Assembly: GCF_006345805.1 (NCBI RefSeq)
Contig: NC_042999.1
Span: 16,492,001 to 16,556,000 of the forward strand
Length of the DNA: 64,000 bases
From: Octopus sinensis
Taxonomy: Eukaryota
Reading direction: 5' to 3'
Shown piece after piece: positions 38,729-51,810 of this stretch. The position numbers and the translations under genes were made by a program. The notes below the pieces were generated by a model that was not told where the DNA came from, made no database searches, and was given only the letters and a program-made list of their open reading frames with translations. How positions within the stretch are numbered: the first letter of the stretch is position 1; every line of letters starts with the position of its first letter.

Positions 38729-39631
38729 TCAATAATAATAAAGGGTGAAATTAATTAATTTGGAATAATCATTAATTTCACCAAGTAGATTTCGGCATGT
38801 AAAAGCCCCATTCAATAATTATCAATATATATATATATAATATATATATATATATATTATATTTCTTCTTTCTATCTTCGTTGCACGAGGAAGTCGGCGA
38901 GTCGAAAAGCTCTGAAGTGGGGGAATGTGGATCATCTTCGCGGGTCCCGTTGCTTGTGTGTTATTGCGTATCCGGGCAAACTTGGATGGCTATTTGCAGA
39001 GTTTTGGTGGTACATTTTGCTGTGGTTGTTGTCATGGAAATTCTTTTTGTTTTAGTTGGTGCTACTGTTATTACTGTTGCTGCTGCCTATTGCCGCTGCT
39101 CCTTTTGCTTTCCTAGCTCCTGCTGCTGATTTTACCGCTGCAGCTGTTGATGTTGCTGCAGTTGTGGTTCCTCGTTGTTGTATTTTCATTTTTACCTTGT
39201 CGAGGTTATGGCTAAAGCAGCAATGGGGCAATTTTTCCTTTGCCAAGCTGGAAGCAGAAAAACCCTTTAGAGATTAATAGTGCCTCATAGAGGACATGTT
39301 GGATTTCGCAGGTCCCCCACCACAAGCAAAACGGTTCCACCTGTAAGTGACTCAGATCGAGAATGGCATCGTACCTATCCATATCTGTTTGGATCAAGAA
39401 GTCGATTCTTATCCTGGTCCAGTTATTACCGTGGGATTCTCTCCAATGTTTGTAAATAGGTTGTTATCAACCAGCAGATGTTCATTTATGACTGTCTTTC
39501 TACTGCCATCACCATAGCCACATATCGGCCAAGATATGAAAGTATCAGGATTAATTACTCAATTTTGAGAGGTGCTATTCATTGGTTTCTTGTCTCAATG
39601 TCCTTTGTTTGTCGATATCGACAATGCTTGA

Positions 39632-40096
39632 AGGCGGCGAGCTGGCAGAAACGTTAGCACGCAGCAGTCATTGTCGATATCGGTTTCATTATTAACCACA
39701 AGGGCCTATACATAGAGGGGACAAACAAGGACAGACAAACGGATTAACTCGATTACATCGACCCCAGTGTGTAACTGGTACTTAATTTATCGACCACGAA
39801 AGGATGAAAGACAAAGTCGACGTCGGCGGAATTTGAACTCAGAACGTAGCGGCAGACAAAATACCTATTTCTTTACTACCAAAAAGGGGCTAAACATAGA
39901 GAGGATAAACAAGGAGATATAAACGGATGAAGTCGATTATATCGACCCAAGTGCGTAAGTGGTACTTATTTAATCGACCTCGAAAGGATGAAAGACAAAG
40001 TCGACCTCGGCGGAATTCGAACTCAGAACGTAACAGCAGACGAAATACCGCTAAGCATTTCGCCTGGGGCGCTAACGTTTCTGCCAGATCGCTGCC
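39632..40096 (-). mobile_element. SINE family A dimer (39690-40096) plus an opposite-strand head fragment (39632-39665)
   Basis: Two minus-strand cores. A + strand GGCGGCGAGCTGGCAGAAACGTTAGCAC lies immediately left. Confidence 0.85.
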
Positions 40097-40097
40097 T

Positions 40098-40129
40098 TAA
40101 TGATAGTAATAATGATAATAATAATAATG

Positions 40130-40163
<34 letters not shown>

Positions 40164-40397
40164 TAATAATAATAATAATAATAATGATGATGATGATGAT
40201 GATAATAATAATAATAATAATGATAATAATAATATGTATATTATTTACATTATTTACATTCGAAGGATATTTGTCCTCTTCTTGTTTGTTGTCGAATGTA
40301 AATAATATAAATAATGTAAATAATGTACATAATTCCTCTTCTCTTAAATATAGAACTGTTTTATATAATCATAATAGTAATAATATTAATAATAATG

Positions 40398-40435
<38 letters not shown>

Positions 40436-40555
40436 ACTACTAATAATAATGATAATAATAGTACTAGTAGCAGCAGTAGTAGTAGTAGAAGTGGTAGTAG
40501 TAGAAGTGGTAGTAGTAGTAGTAGTAATAACAATAATAATAATACTAGTAGTCGT

Positions 40556-40605
<50 letters not shown>

Positions 40606-40624
40606 TAATAATAGTACTAGTAGC

Positions 40625-40662
<38 letters not shown>

Positions 40663-40664
40663 TG

Positions 40665-40709
<45 letters not shown>

Positions 40710-40751
40710 ACAATAATAATAATACTAGTAGTCGTATTAATAATAATAATG

Positions 40752-40789
<38 letters not shown>

Positions 40790-40828
40790 TAATAATAATA
40801 ATAATAATAACAATAATAATAATAATAA
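40098..40828. repeat. (TAA)n/(TAG)n tracts with a ~180-bp higher-order duplication
   Basis: AATACTAGTAGTCGTATTAAT at ~40541 and ~40721. Confidence 0.9.
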
Positions 40829-41239
40829 AGTTTGTTTATTTTAAAAACAACGACTTCTTTCTCATAGCGATAGCATAACTAATCTTTTCCTTTAGAAAGT
40901 TAAACGAAGAAGAAACTTAAGCTCTCTGCTTCTTCGATTCCGGTTAGACATTCAGTCATTTTTATCTATTACATAGTTGGAAAGAGTTTAGATAGAAAAG
41001 ATTTGTCATTGTCATACAAAAAAGAAAGAATAAACATCCTATAAAATTTGAGTTTAATGTCAGATCCTTAAATCTAACCATACTCAAATCCTTCTCCTCC
41101 GAGAAATTTATCGAAAATTTCTTCCAATACTTTTAAAGATTATCAGAAAGTATTACTTTCTAGTGTTTCAGATCTGCAAGGTATTATAGCTAGAGCGCAT
41201 CAGCCTCTACGAATTATGTGATCTATCCGATATCACTGC

Positions 41240-41345
41240 AATATAATATAATACAACATAATATAATATAACTTAACATAATATAATATAATATAATATA
41301 ATACAATATAATATAATATAACACAACATAATATAATATAATATA

Positions 41346-41405
<60 letters not shown>

Positions 41406-41532
41406 ATAATATATAATATAATACAATATATATATATAATACATATATGCACATATACATATGCATGTTTGTATGTATACATATATATGCATATATATAT
41501 ATATTGTATTATATTACATGTTATATATCATT

Positions 41533-41570
<38 letters not shown>

Positions 41571-41762
41571 ATAATATATAATATAATACAATATATATAT
41601 ATAATACATATATGCACATATACATATGCATGTTTGTATGTATACATATATATGCATATATATATTGTATTATATTACATGTTATATATCATTTATATAA
41701 ATATATATATATATATATTGTATTATATTATATATTACATATATATATATATTATATATATA

Positions 41763-41811
<49 letters not shown>

Positions 41812-41890
41812 CATATATGCATATATTCATATGTATGTTTGTATGTATGTATATGTACATATGTATGCATATATATATATATAATATATA

Positions 41891-41953
<63 letters not shown>

Positions 41954-41960
41954 GTACATA
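41240..41960. repeat. (ATATA)n/(TA)n compound microsatellite
   Basis: Directly visible. Confidence 0.95.
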
Positions 41961-42696
41961 GTGGGTGTATGGATATGTACTTAATAAATACAGATAAGCC
42001 AGATAAGCATGACATGCAGCTCATATGGATGCAGCAACTGGGAACATCATATGATCGCTGATGCTGTTCGAAAGAGTGCACTCATCTCTCGTAAATTACA
42101 CGCTACAATCTTAAATAAGGAATATATTGGATAATATAGTTTTGTATGGAATTACAGCAATCGAAAGACTGTACAGTATAGGAGAGGCCCAGTGTTAAAT
42201 AAACTCAACATCAGCTGGTCGAAAAAGCTTATTCATCTCCCATAACCTCACATTACTGTCATAAATGTGGATGCGTTAGATAATTTCATTTTAGATGCTC
42301 CTAAAAGGCAGGGTGGTTACGGCTAGATTGGAATTATTGAAATCATATGATTGGATGGTTTAGGCTTGCCCTTGACCCAGGAATAAACAAACACTGCGTA
42401 AGCTGTTCGAAATCGTGAACCCCAGAGATCACAAGCATGCAACTGAAATAAAGGATATATTAGATAATGAAGTTTTTGGTGCTCCTAAAAGGCTGGATGG
42501 TTCCGGATGGAATTATTGTAATAATTAGATTACACTGTGCGCTTTATGGTAGACATGGGTCTAAACGAACACGGCATCAGCTACCCGAAATCGTACTCAC
42601 ATTTGCCATAAATTCACAGTCTAGTCTTTTAAATAAAAGGTACATTACATAATTGAGTTCTAGACACTCTTAAACGAAGGGATGGTTACGGTTGGA

Positions 42697-42975
42697 ATTG
42701 TCGGAGCCCTGGGAAGAGTGAGTAAACATCTTGAGAAGTACATTAGAATAAATAGGGGCTGCAATAAGGGTGGAGCACTTGCAGAAAACAGCACTGCTTG
42801 GAACCGCTCGAATACTACGGATGGGGCTCTAAAAATATGGGGCATTAAGTTAGTTCACTGGTAGTGAACGGTTGACACCATAGTACATCTCCAGCGTTAG
42901 AAGCTGACCAAAGGCAACAACAACAACAACAACAACAACAATAATAATAATGATAATAATAATAATAATAATAAT
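42697..42975 (+). mobile_element. R4/Dong-like (restriction-like endonuclease) LINE 3' end with (CAA)n(TAA)n tail
   Basis: IVGALGRVSKHLEKYI / IGAAIRVEHLQKTALLGTARILRM* (one frameshift; stop 42830-42832), short UTR, then trinucleotide tail. Confidence 0.75.
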
Positions 42976-43294
42976 GAGGTTTGAATAATTCACCTCTGGA
43001 AACATGGGTGGTTCTTTCAACATCCTTAAACAACCCTTATTCTGGGCTACTCAACCTGAAGAAAATTCTAACTGGGCCCCACCTGCATGGTCATGCACTG
43101 TTTACCTTGATATGAGATCACCATGTCGCGCACATATGGTGGTGATGCATGTGCCTGGTGTACCCTTATCAGACGGGTAGTCATGATGGGTATACTGGGC
43201 TTCGTATATTTTACCCAGTGTCACTTTGATGACATGAACTGCTCTCTCACTCAATAATAATAATAATAATAATGATTATAATAATAATAATAAT
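42976..43294 (+). mobile_element. Second retroelement 3' end ending in (TAA)n, inserted in the tail of the Dong-like copy
   Basis: Unique ~280-bp segment bounded by (TAA)n on both sides, ending TCTCTCACTC-AATAATAAT. Confidence 0.45.
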
Positions 43295-44389
43295 CATGCT
43301 TTCGGATGGAATCATTGTAATAAATAGGTTACACTGTGCACATTAATGGTAGACATGGGTTTAAATGAACACAGCATCGGCTACTCGAAATGGTTCTCAC
43401 ATTTGCCATAAATTCATAGTCTAGTCTTTTAAGTAAAGGATACATTACATAATTGAGTTCTAGACACTCCTAAACGAAGAGATGGTTACGGTTGGAATGG
43501 AACTAATGTAATCATAGAACTGCACATATTGCGATAGACATTGCAATAAACAAACACAACCTCGACTGAAATCATTAACGCAGTCGTTTTCTATTATAGT
43601 TATAAACTATATAAAGATTTAAATGCAAATTTCTTTTGTATTCATGATTTAAATTCAATATTATGACAAAATGGTAAACACAAAGCAATAAATAAGCATT
43701 GTCATTAATTCAAAACGGTTTTAATGATGTCAACCTCAGCTGAAATTTACAGCTTCTGTTCTTGACGTAGAGACAGTCTCTGCGGTGAAGGGATTCTTTC
43801 GCTGCAATCAATTTGTCTGAAACACGTTTAAATAGAAATCTCACTGAAGATTCGATGTCCTCAAATAACAAGACCACTATCGAAATGAGAAATACCTGAC
43901 GTGGGTGGATGGCAGTGATACCTTGGGGGTATTTTGTTATATCTGTTTACGTTCTGAGATTATTTCTAACCAAGACCTATTAAAAAAATTTTTTCTTTTT
44001 TACATCTCATTATTCCGACGTCTATAAAATATGTACTCGATGATAAAAAGAAAAAAAAATTGTCCACAGATGGATGGATTTATGCGAATAAATTCAGAAC
44101 AGAATGTTGTTCCTCGTTTTATGTTCAGATAAAACAGTAAAATAAAAGTAAAAATCAACGAAAATATAGTTGCATAAATTATTTTGTGGCAAAGACATGT
44201 TTAAAGCGACGAGACGTGTGTACCAGTGTATGTGTGTGTGTGCTTGCGTGTGTTGATATGTACAGATGTATGTTTGAATATATGAATCTATATTTGTATC
44301 TTATTAAATCACAGACGGCAAAACATGTAAAACCAAGTTGTTAACCAATATGTCTCTTTCTCTCCCTTTCTCTCCCCCTCCACACTGTC

Positions 44390-44456
<67 letters not shown>

Positions 44457-44518
44457 CTCTCTTTCTCTCTCTCTTATATATATATATATGCATACACACA
44501 CACATACATACATACATC

Positions 44519-44558
<40 letters not shown>

Positions 44559-45094
44559 CACATATATTTTGTGTGTGTGCATATCTACAACCATACACGT
44601 ACACACACACACACACACACACACATATAATATTATTATATATATATAATATATATATATATATAAACAGAGAGAGAAAGAGAGAGATAGAAAGAGGCTG
44701 TGGGGAGAAGCATACACAATACACATATATATACATATATATGTATGTGCGTGTGTGTGTGTGTGTGTGTGTATTGCTTGTTCACATTATACTTTTACAT
44801 GTTTAGCCGTCTGTCACTTAATAAAACTCAAGCGCAAATACATACATACATAATTACATATATTTAAAAGTTCATATACATAGACACACACATTGACACC
44901 TCTCATTCTCCGTGTTTCTTTCTCCCTCTCACATCGCACACAGTTTCATTCTTCATGCACACAAACACAAGCACGCGCGCGCATAATATATATATCTATA
45001 TATATATATATATATATGTATATAATATATATATATATATATACGCATAGTATATGTATTTATAGTTATATGTATGTATGTATATATATATATT

Positions 45095-45304
45095 GATTAA
45101 AATGGTAAGACAACAAAAGAAAGAAAGAGACCTCGATATTATGTAAATAGAGGAATTTATCTGTAAAAGTAATATGTGACAATTATTCGGTAGCCATGAT
45201 AAAACTCTGAATTTCGGATGCCGAGGTGGAAGTCCACGCCGCTATCTCTTCAGTTACCCGGTCATCGTTTTATCATGGCTACCGAATAATTGTCACATAT
45301 TACT
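45095..45304 (-). mobile_element. Penelope-like pLTR fragment with 38-bp inverted tail
   Basis: Homologous to 11620-11780. Perfect 38-bp inverted repeat at 45168-45205 and 45267-45304 encloses the hammerhead motif. Confidence 0.6.
45198..45258 (-). ncRNA. Hammerhead-like motif (one bulged C in helix II)
   Basis: Minus strand: GGTAA, CTGAAGA, GAT..GTGGA-CT-TCCAC..ATC, C, GAAA, ATTC-A-GAGT, T17, TTATC. Confidence 0.55.
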
Positions 45305-45487
45305 GTTAATGTTATATATATATAATCTATGTGTCTATTTTCAGCATATTTTGGCATTAGAAATTTTTTCTTTTAATTTACTTATATATTGTTTATAAAT
45401 TTAACCTTTAAAAGTATTTTTAATATGCTGGTCATTGATAGAATTTTCTTCGAAAACCTTTATCCTATATAAGTTATATATATATAG

Positions 45488-45648
45488 GGAGATTTTACGA
45501 AAAAAACAAAAGACGAAGACAGTTGGTGTACAAAACAAACAGATGTATTAGTATAACGCTGTTCTACAGAAAGGGACACAGAAAAAACAAGGCGGGAACC
45601 AAGGAGAGAAAAAAATGTGTGTAGTGGCTAACGATCTATCATGGCGAC

Positions 45649-45650
<2 letters not shown>
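45488..45650 (-). mobile_element. Copy of the 54825-55020 family with the hammerhead core deleted
   Basis: Reverse complement matches CAGTCGCCATGAT.GATCG and TGTCTTCGT.TTTTGTTTT. TA flanks. Confidence 0.55.
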
Positions 45651-45727
<77 letters not shown>

Positions 45728-46372
45728 ATATATAATATATATAAATTAGAATATATATATATACACACAAATCAAGCGATGGCGTCCAGTGTTACTTACA
45801 GGAGAGTTTTATGTTACTAACCCAAAAAAGAAAAACTAACATCCTATATCCACTCCCAACCCAAAGTAATCGGTTCACGGTCAGTCTTGTAATCTAGCAA
45901 CGAAACATTCCTAATTGTCACCCAGTTCTATTGGATCTATTACTTCATATCTTGGATCTCTAACTGCACATATGAAAATGTAGTAGTAATAATCATTATC
46001 TATAACTGACACAAAACTAGAACAGATACGTTAAGGGTGAAAATCAATATATGTCTAAAACGTTTACTTTCATTGGCATATGGCGATAGAGAATGTGAAA
46101 GGAAAAACTTGATGTATAGTGTCTGGAATTGTACGCTGTTTTATAATATTTAGGAAGACAGTGCGCAACGTAATTACAGAGTATAACAAATATCAGCATT
46201 TTACTAGTGTGTGGATTTCCATAATGGCTCTTATAATTGCACAAATGTCTATCTAAGCATACGACTACGCTGACATACTTGTAGGAAGCTATCCACTCAT
46301 GTCTAAGTATGTATTTCTACATATATATATATAGATAGCTATATATCTATATATATATCTATTATATATATA

Positions 46373-46407
<35 letters not shown>

Positions 46408-46912
46408 ATATATATATATTATATATATACTATATATATATATATGTATTATATGATCATTAGACGCAAGTTGTATGTGAAATCACGGTGATACAGAACA
46501 TAATTCATTTTTAAATGTCTTGCTTTGAAAACTGCATTTGGTATGATTAGTATAATTTTTGGTAGTAATGAACTTTGTCCCTCTAGTGTGAAGGCATTTA
46601 TGTGTAATAATGCCCTTTATACAATATAGATATAATTAATTTTTCAAAAGAAAAAAATTTTTTTCGGATTCTTTTCTTTATAGGTTTGTTTTCCACGCTA
46701 GCTACCCGATAATTCTTGTTAAGATCCCTTATTAGAGATTATCCTTAATTGTTAACTTATTCCGAAATACTTTTCATTGCCCGACATCAGTTCGTAAAAA
46801 AAGCCCGCCATTTACCGATATATGATTATAACATTCCAGTGCTTGGCCGGATGAACATTGTCTGTTCGTCTTCGCTACATAGGGTTGGTTATTTATGATG
46901 TATTCAGAATCA

Positions 46913-46968
46913 GTTCTGCTGACGATCATTAGACGCAAGTTGTATGTGAAATCACGGTGATACAGAAC
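46913..46968 (+). ncRNA. Type I hammerhead ribozyme (first complete copy; repeated in each array unit)
   Basis: Helix I GTTCTG, core CTGACGA, helix II TCATTAGAC-GCAA-GTTGTATGT, core GAAA, helix III ATCAC-G-GTGAT, A17, helix I CAGAAC. AUA cleavage predicted at 46962/46963. Position 10.1/11.1 is U-U rather than G-C. Confidence 0.85.
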
Positions 46969-49900
46969 ATAATTATTTTTAATGTCTTGCTTTGAAAAAC
47001 TGCATTTGGGTATGATTAGTATAATTTTTGGTAGTAATGACTTGTCCCTCCTAGTGTGAGGCATTTATGTGTAATAATGCCTTTATACATATAGATATAA
47101 TTAATTTGTTCAAAGAAAAAAATATTTTCGGTTCTTTTCTTTATGAGGTTTTCACGCTAGCTAACCCCGATAATTTCTTGTTAAGATCCTTATTAGAGAT
47201 TATCCTTAATTGTTAAACTTATTCCGAAATACTTTCATTGCCCGACATGCAGTTCGTAAAAAAAGCCCGCCATTTACCGGATATATGATTTATAAACATT
47301 CATGTGCTTGGCCGGAGTGAACAGTTGTCTGTTCGTCTTCGCTACATAGGGTTGGTTTATTTATGATGTATTCAGAATCAGTTCTGCTGCGATCATTAGA
47401 CGCAAGTTGTATATGAAATCACGGTGATACAGAACATAATTCATTTTTAAATGTCTTGCTTTGAAAAACTGCATTGGGTATGATTAGTATAATTTTGGTA
47501 GTAATGACTTTTGTCCCTCCTAGTGTGAGGCATTTATGTGTAATAATGCCCTTTATACATATATATAATTAATTTGTTCAAAAGAAAAAATTATTTTCGG
47601 ATTCTTTTCTTTATGAGGTTTTCCACGCTAGCTACCCGATAATTTCTTGTTAAGATCCCTTATTAAGAGATTATCCTTATTGTTAAATTATTCCGAAATA
47701 CTTTTCATTGCCCGACATGCAGTTCGTAAAAAAAGCCCGCCATTTACCGGATATATGATTTATAAACATTCCATGTGCTTGGCCGGAGTGAACAGTTTTG
47801 TCTGTCGTCTTCGCTACATAGGGTTGGTTTATTTATGATGTATTCAGAATCAGTTCTGCTGACGATCATTTAGACGCAAGTTGTATGTGAAATCACGGTG
47901 ATACAGAACATAATTCATTTTTAATGTCTTGCTTTGAAAAACTGCATTTGGGTATGATTAGTATAATTTTGGTAGTAATGACTTTGTCCCTCTAGTGTGA
48001 GGCATTTATGTGTAATAATGCCCTTTATACAATAGATATAATTAATTTTGTTCAAAAGAAAAAAATTATTTTCGGATTCTTTTTCTTTTATAGGTTTTCA
48101 TTTCACGCTAGCTACCCGATAATTTCTTGTTAAGATCCTTATTAAGATTTCCTTAATTGTTAAACTTATTCCGAAATACTTTTCATTGCCCGACATGCAG
48201 TTCGTAAAAAAAGCCCCATTTACCGGTTATGATTTATAAATTCCATGTGCTTGGCGGAGTGAACAGTTGTCTGTTCGTCTTCGCTACTAGGGTTGGTTTA
48301 TTTATGATGTATTCAGAATCATTTCTGCTGACGATCATTAGACGCAAGTTGTATGTGAAATCACGGTGATACAGAACATAATTCATTTTTAATATTCTTG
48401 CTTTGAAAAACTGCATTTGGGTATGATTAGTATAATTTTGGTATTTTTGTAATGACTTTGTCCCTCCTAGGTGAGGCATTTATGTGTAATAATGCCCTTT
48501 ATACAATATAGATATAATTAATTTGTTCAAAAGAAAAAAATTTATTTTCGGATTCTTTTCTTTTATGAGGTTTTCACGCTAGCTACCCGATAATTTCTTG
48601 TAAGATCCTTATAAGAGATTATCCTTAATTGTTAAACTTATTCGAAATACTTTTCATTGCCCGACATGCAGTTCGTAAAAAAAGCCCGCCATTACCGGAT
48701 TATGATTTATAAACATTCCATGTGCTGGCCGAGTGAACAGTTTTCTGTTGTCTTCGCCATAGGGTTGGTTTATTATGATGTATTCAGAATCAGTTCTGCT
48801 GACGATCATTAGCGCAAGTTGTATGTGAAATCACGGTGATACAGAACATAATTCATTTTAAATGTCTTGGCTTTGAAAAATGCATTTGGTATGATTATAT
48901 AATTTTTGGTGTAATGACTTTGTCCCTCCTAGTGTGGAGGCATTATGTGTAATAATGCCCTTTATACAATATAGATATAATTAATTTGTTCAAAAGAAAA
49001 AAAATATTTTCGGATCTTTTCTTTTATGAGGTTTTCACGCTAGCTACCCGATAATTTCTTGTTAAGATCCGTATTAGAGATTAGCCTTAATTGTTAAACT
49101 TATTCCGAAATACTTTTCATTGCCCGACATGCAGTTCGTAAAAAAGCCCGCCATTTACCGGATATATGATTTATAAACATTCCCATGTGCTTGGCCGGAG
49201 TGAACAGTTGTCTGTTCGTCTTCGCTACATAGGGTTGGTTTATTTATGAGGTATTCAGAATCAGTTCTGCTGACGATCATTAGACGCAAGTTGTATGTGA
49301 AATCACGGTGATACAGAACATAATTCATTTTTAATGTCTTGCTTTGAAAAACTGCATTTGGGTATGATTAGTATAATTTTTGGTAGTAAGGACTTTTCCC
49401 CTCCTAGTGTGAGGCATTTTGTGTAATAATGCCCTTTTATACAATATAGATATAATTAATTTGTTCAAAAGAAAAAAATATTTTCGGATTCTTTTCTTTT
49501 ATGAGGTTTTCACGCTAGCTACCCGATAATTTCTTGTTAAGATCCCTATTAAGAGATTATCCTTAATTGTTAAACTTATTCCGAAATACTTTCATTGCCC
49601 GACATGCAGTTCGTAAAAAAGCCCGCCATTTACCGGATATATTTTATAAACATTCCATGTGCTTGGCCGGAGTGAACAGTTGTCCTGTTCGTCTTCGCTA
49701 CATAGGGTTGGTTTATTTATGATGTATTCAGAATTCAGTTCTGCTGACGATCATTAGACGCAGTTGTATGTGAATCACGGTGATACAGAACATAATTCAT
49801 TTTTAAATGTCTTGCTTTGAAAAACTGCATTTGGGTATGATTAGTATAATTTTTGGTAGTAAGGACTTTGTCCCTCCTAGTGTGAGGCATTTATGTGTAA

Positions 49901-51431
49901 TAATGCCCTTTATACAATATAGATATAATTAATTTGTTCAAAAGAAAAAAATTATTTTCGGATTTTTTCTTTTATGATTTTTTCACGCTAGCTACCCGAT
50001 AATTTCTTGTTAAGATCCCTATTAAGAGATTATCCTTATTGTTAAACTTTTAAACTATTCCGAAAAATACTTTTCATTGCCCGACATGCAGTTCGTAAAA
50101 AAAGCCCGCCATTTACCGGATATATGATTTATAACATTCCATGTGCTTGGCCGGAGTGAACAGTTGTTGTTCGTCTTCGCTACATAGGGTTGGTTATTTT
50201 ATGATGTATTCAGAATCAGTTCTGCTGACGATCATTAGACGCAAGTTGTATGTGAAATCACGGTGATACAGACATAATTCATTTTTAAATGTCTTGTTTG
50301 AAAAACTGCATTTGGGTATGATTAGTATAATTTTTGGTAGTAATGACTTTGTCCCTCCTAGTGTGAGGCATTTATGTGTAATAATGCCCTTTATACAATT
50401 AGATATAATTAATTTGTTCAAAAGAAAAATTATTTTCGGATTCTTTTCTTTTATGAGGTTTTCACGCTAGCTAAACCGATAATTTCTTGTTAAGATCCCT
50501 TATTAAGAGATTATCCTTAATTGTTAAACTTATTTCCATTTGATTCCGAATCTTTTCATTGCCCGACATGCAGTTCGTAAAAAAAGCCCGCCATTTACCG
50601 GATATATGATTTATAAACCGTCCATGTGCTTTTTGGCCGGAGTGAACAGTTGTCTGTTCGTCTTTCGCTACATAGGGTTGGTTTATTTATGATGTATTCA
50701 GAATCAGTTCTGCTGACGATCATTAGACGCAAGTTGTATGTGAAATCACGGTGATACAGAACATAATTCATTTTTAAATGTCTTGCTTTGAAAACTGCAT
50801 TTGGGTATGATTAGTATAATTTTTGGTAGTAATGACTTTGTCCCTCCTAGTGTGAGGCATTTAGTGTAATAATGCCCTTTATACAATATAGATATAATAA
50901 TTTGTTCAAAAGAAAAAAATTATTTTCGGATTCTTTTCTTTTAGAGGTTTTCACGCTAGCTAACCACCCGATAATTTTGTTAAGATCCTTATTAGATTAC
51001 CTTAATTGTTAAACTTATTCCGAATAACTTTTATTCATTGCCCGACATGCAGTTCGTAAAAAAAGCCCGCCATTTTTACCGGATATATGATTTATAAACA
51101 TTCCATGTGCTTGCCCGGAGTGAACAGTTGTCTTTTCGTCTTCGCTACCATAGGGTTGGTTTATTTATGATGTATTCAATCAGTCTGCTGACGATCATAG
51201 ACGCAAGTTGTATGTGAAATCACGGTGATACAGAACATAATTCATTTTAAATGTCTTGCTTTGAAAACTGCATTTGGGGTATGATTAGTATAAATTTTTG
51301 GTAGTAGACTTTGTCCCTCCTAGTGTTAGGCATTATGTGTAATAATGCCCTTTATACAATATAGATATAATTAATTTGTTCAAAAGAAAAAAATTATTTT
51401 CGGATTCTTTTTCTTTTATGAGGTTTTCACG

Positions 51432-51810
51432 CTAGCTACCCGATATATTTCTTGTTAAGATCCCTTATTAAGAGATTATCCTTATTGTTTAAACTTATTC
51501 CGAAATACTTTTTCATTGCCCGACATGCAGTTCGTAAAAAGCCCGCCATTTACCGATATATGATTTATAAACATTCCATGTGCTTGGCCGGAGTGAACAG
51601 TTGTCTGTTCGTCTTCGCTACATAGGGTTGGTTTATTTATGATGTATTCAGAATCAGTTCTGCTGACGATCATTAGACGCAAGTTGTATGTGAAATCACG
51701 GTGATACAGAACATAATTCATTTTAAATGTCTTGCTTGAAAAACTGCATTTGGGTATGATTAGTAATAATTTTTGGTAGTAATGACTTTGTCCCTCCTAG
51801 TGTGAGGCAT
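51432..51810 (-). CDS. Consensus 126-aa antisense ORF of the array unit (representative position; this copy has indels)
   Basis: Hand-built consensus translates to MPHTRRDKVITTKNYTNHTQMQFFKARHLKMNYVLYHRDFTYNLRLMIVSRTDSEYIINKPTLCSEDEQTTVHSGQAHGMFINHISGKWRAFFTNCMSGNEKYFGISLTIKDNLLIRDLNKKLSGS*. Fragments appear in the ORF track at 46774, 48234, 50194 and 51482. No single copy is intact and I recognise no family. Confidence 0.4.

Larger units (their letters stand above)
42235..43600 (+). repeat. Degenerate ~185-bp tandem repeat interrupted by LINE 3' ends
   Basis: CTCYTAAA..GATGGTTACGG..GGAATT marker at 42298, 42482, 42667 and 43467 (184, 185, then 185 plus ~615 inserted). Confidence 0.7.
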
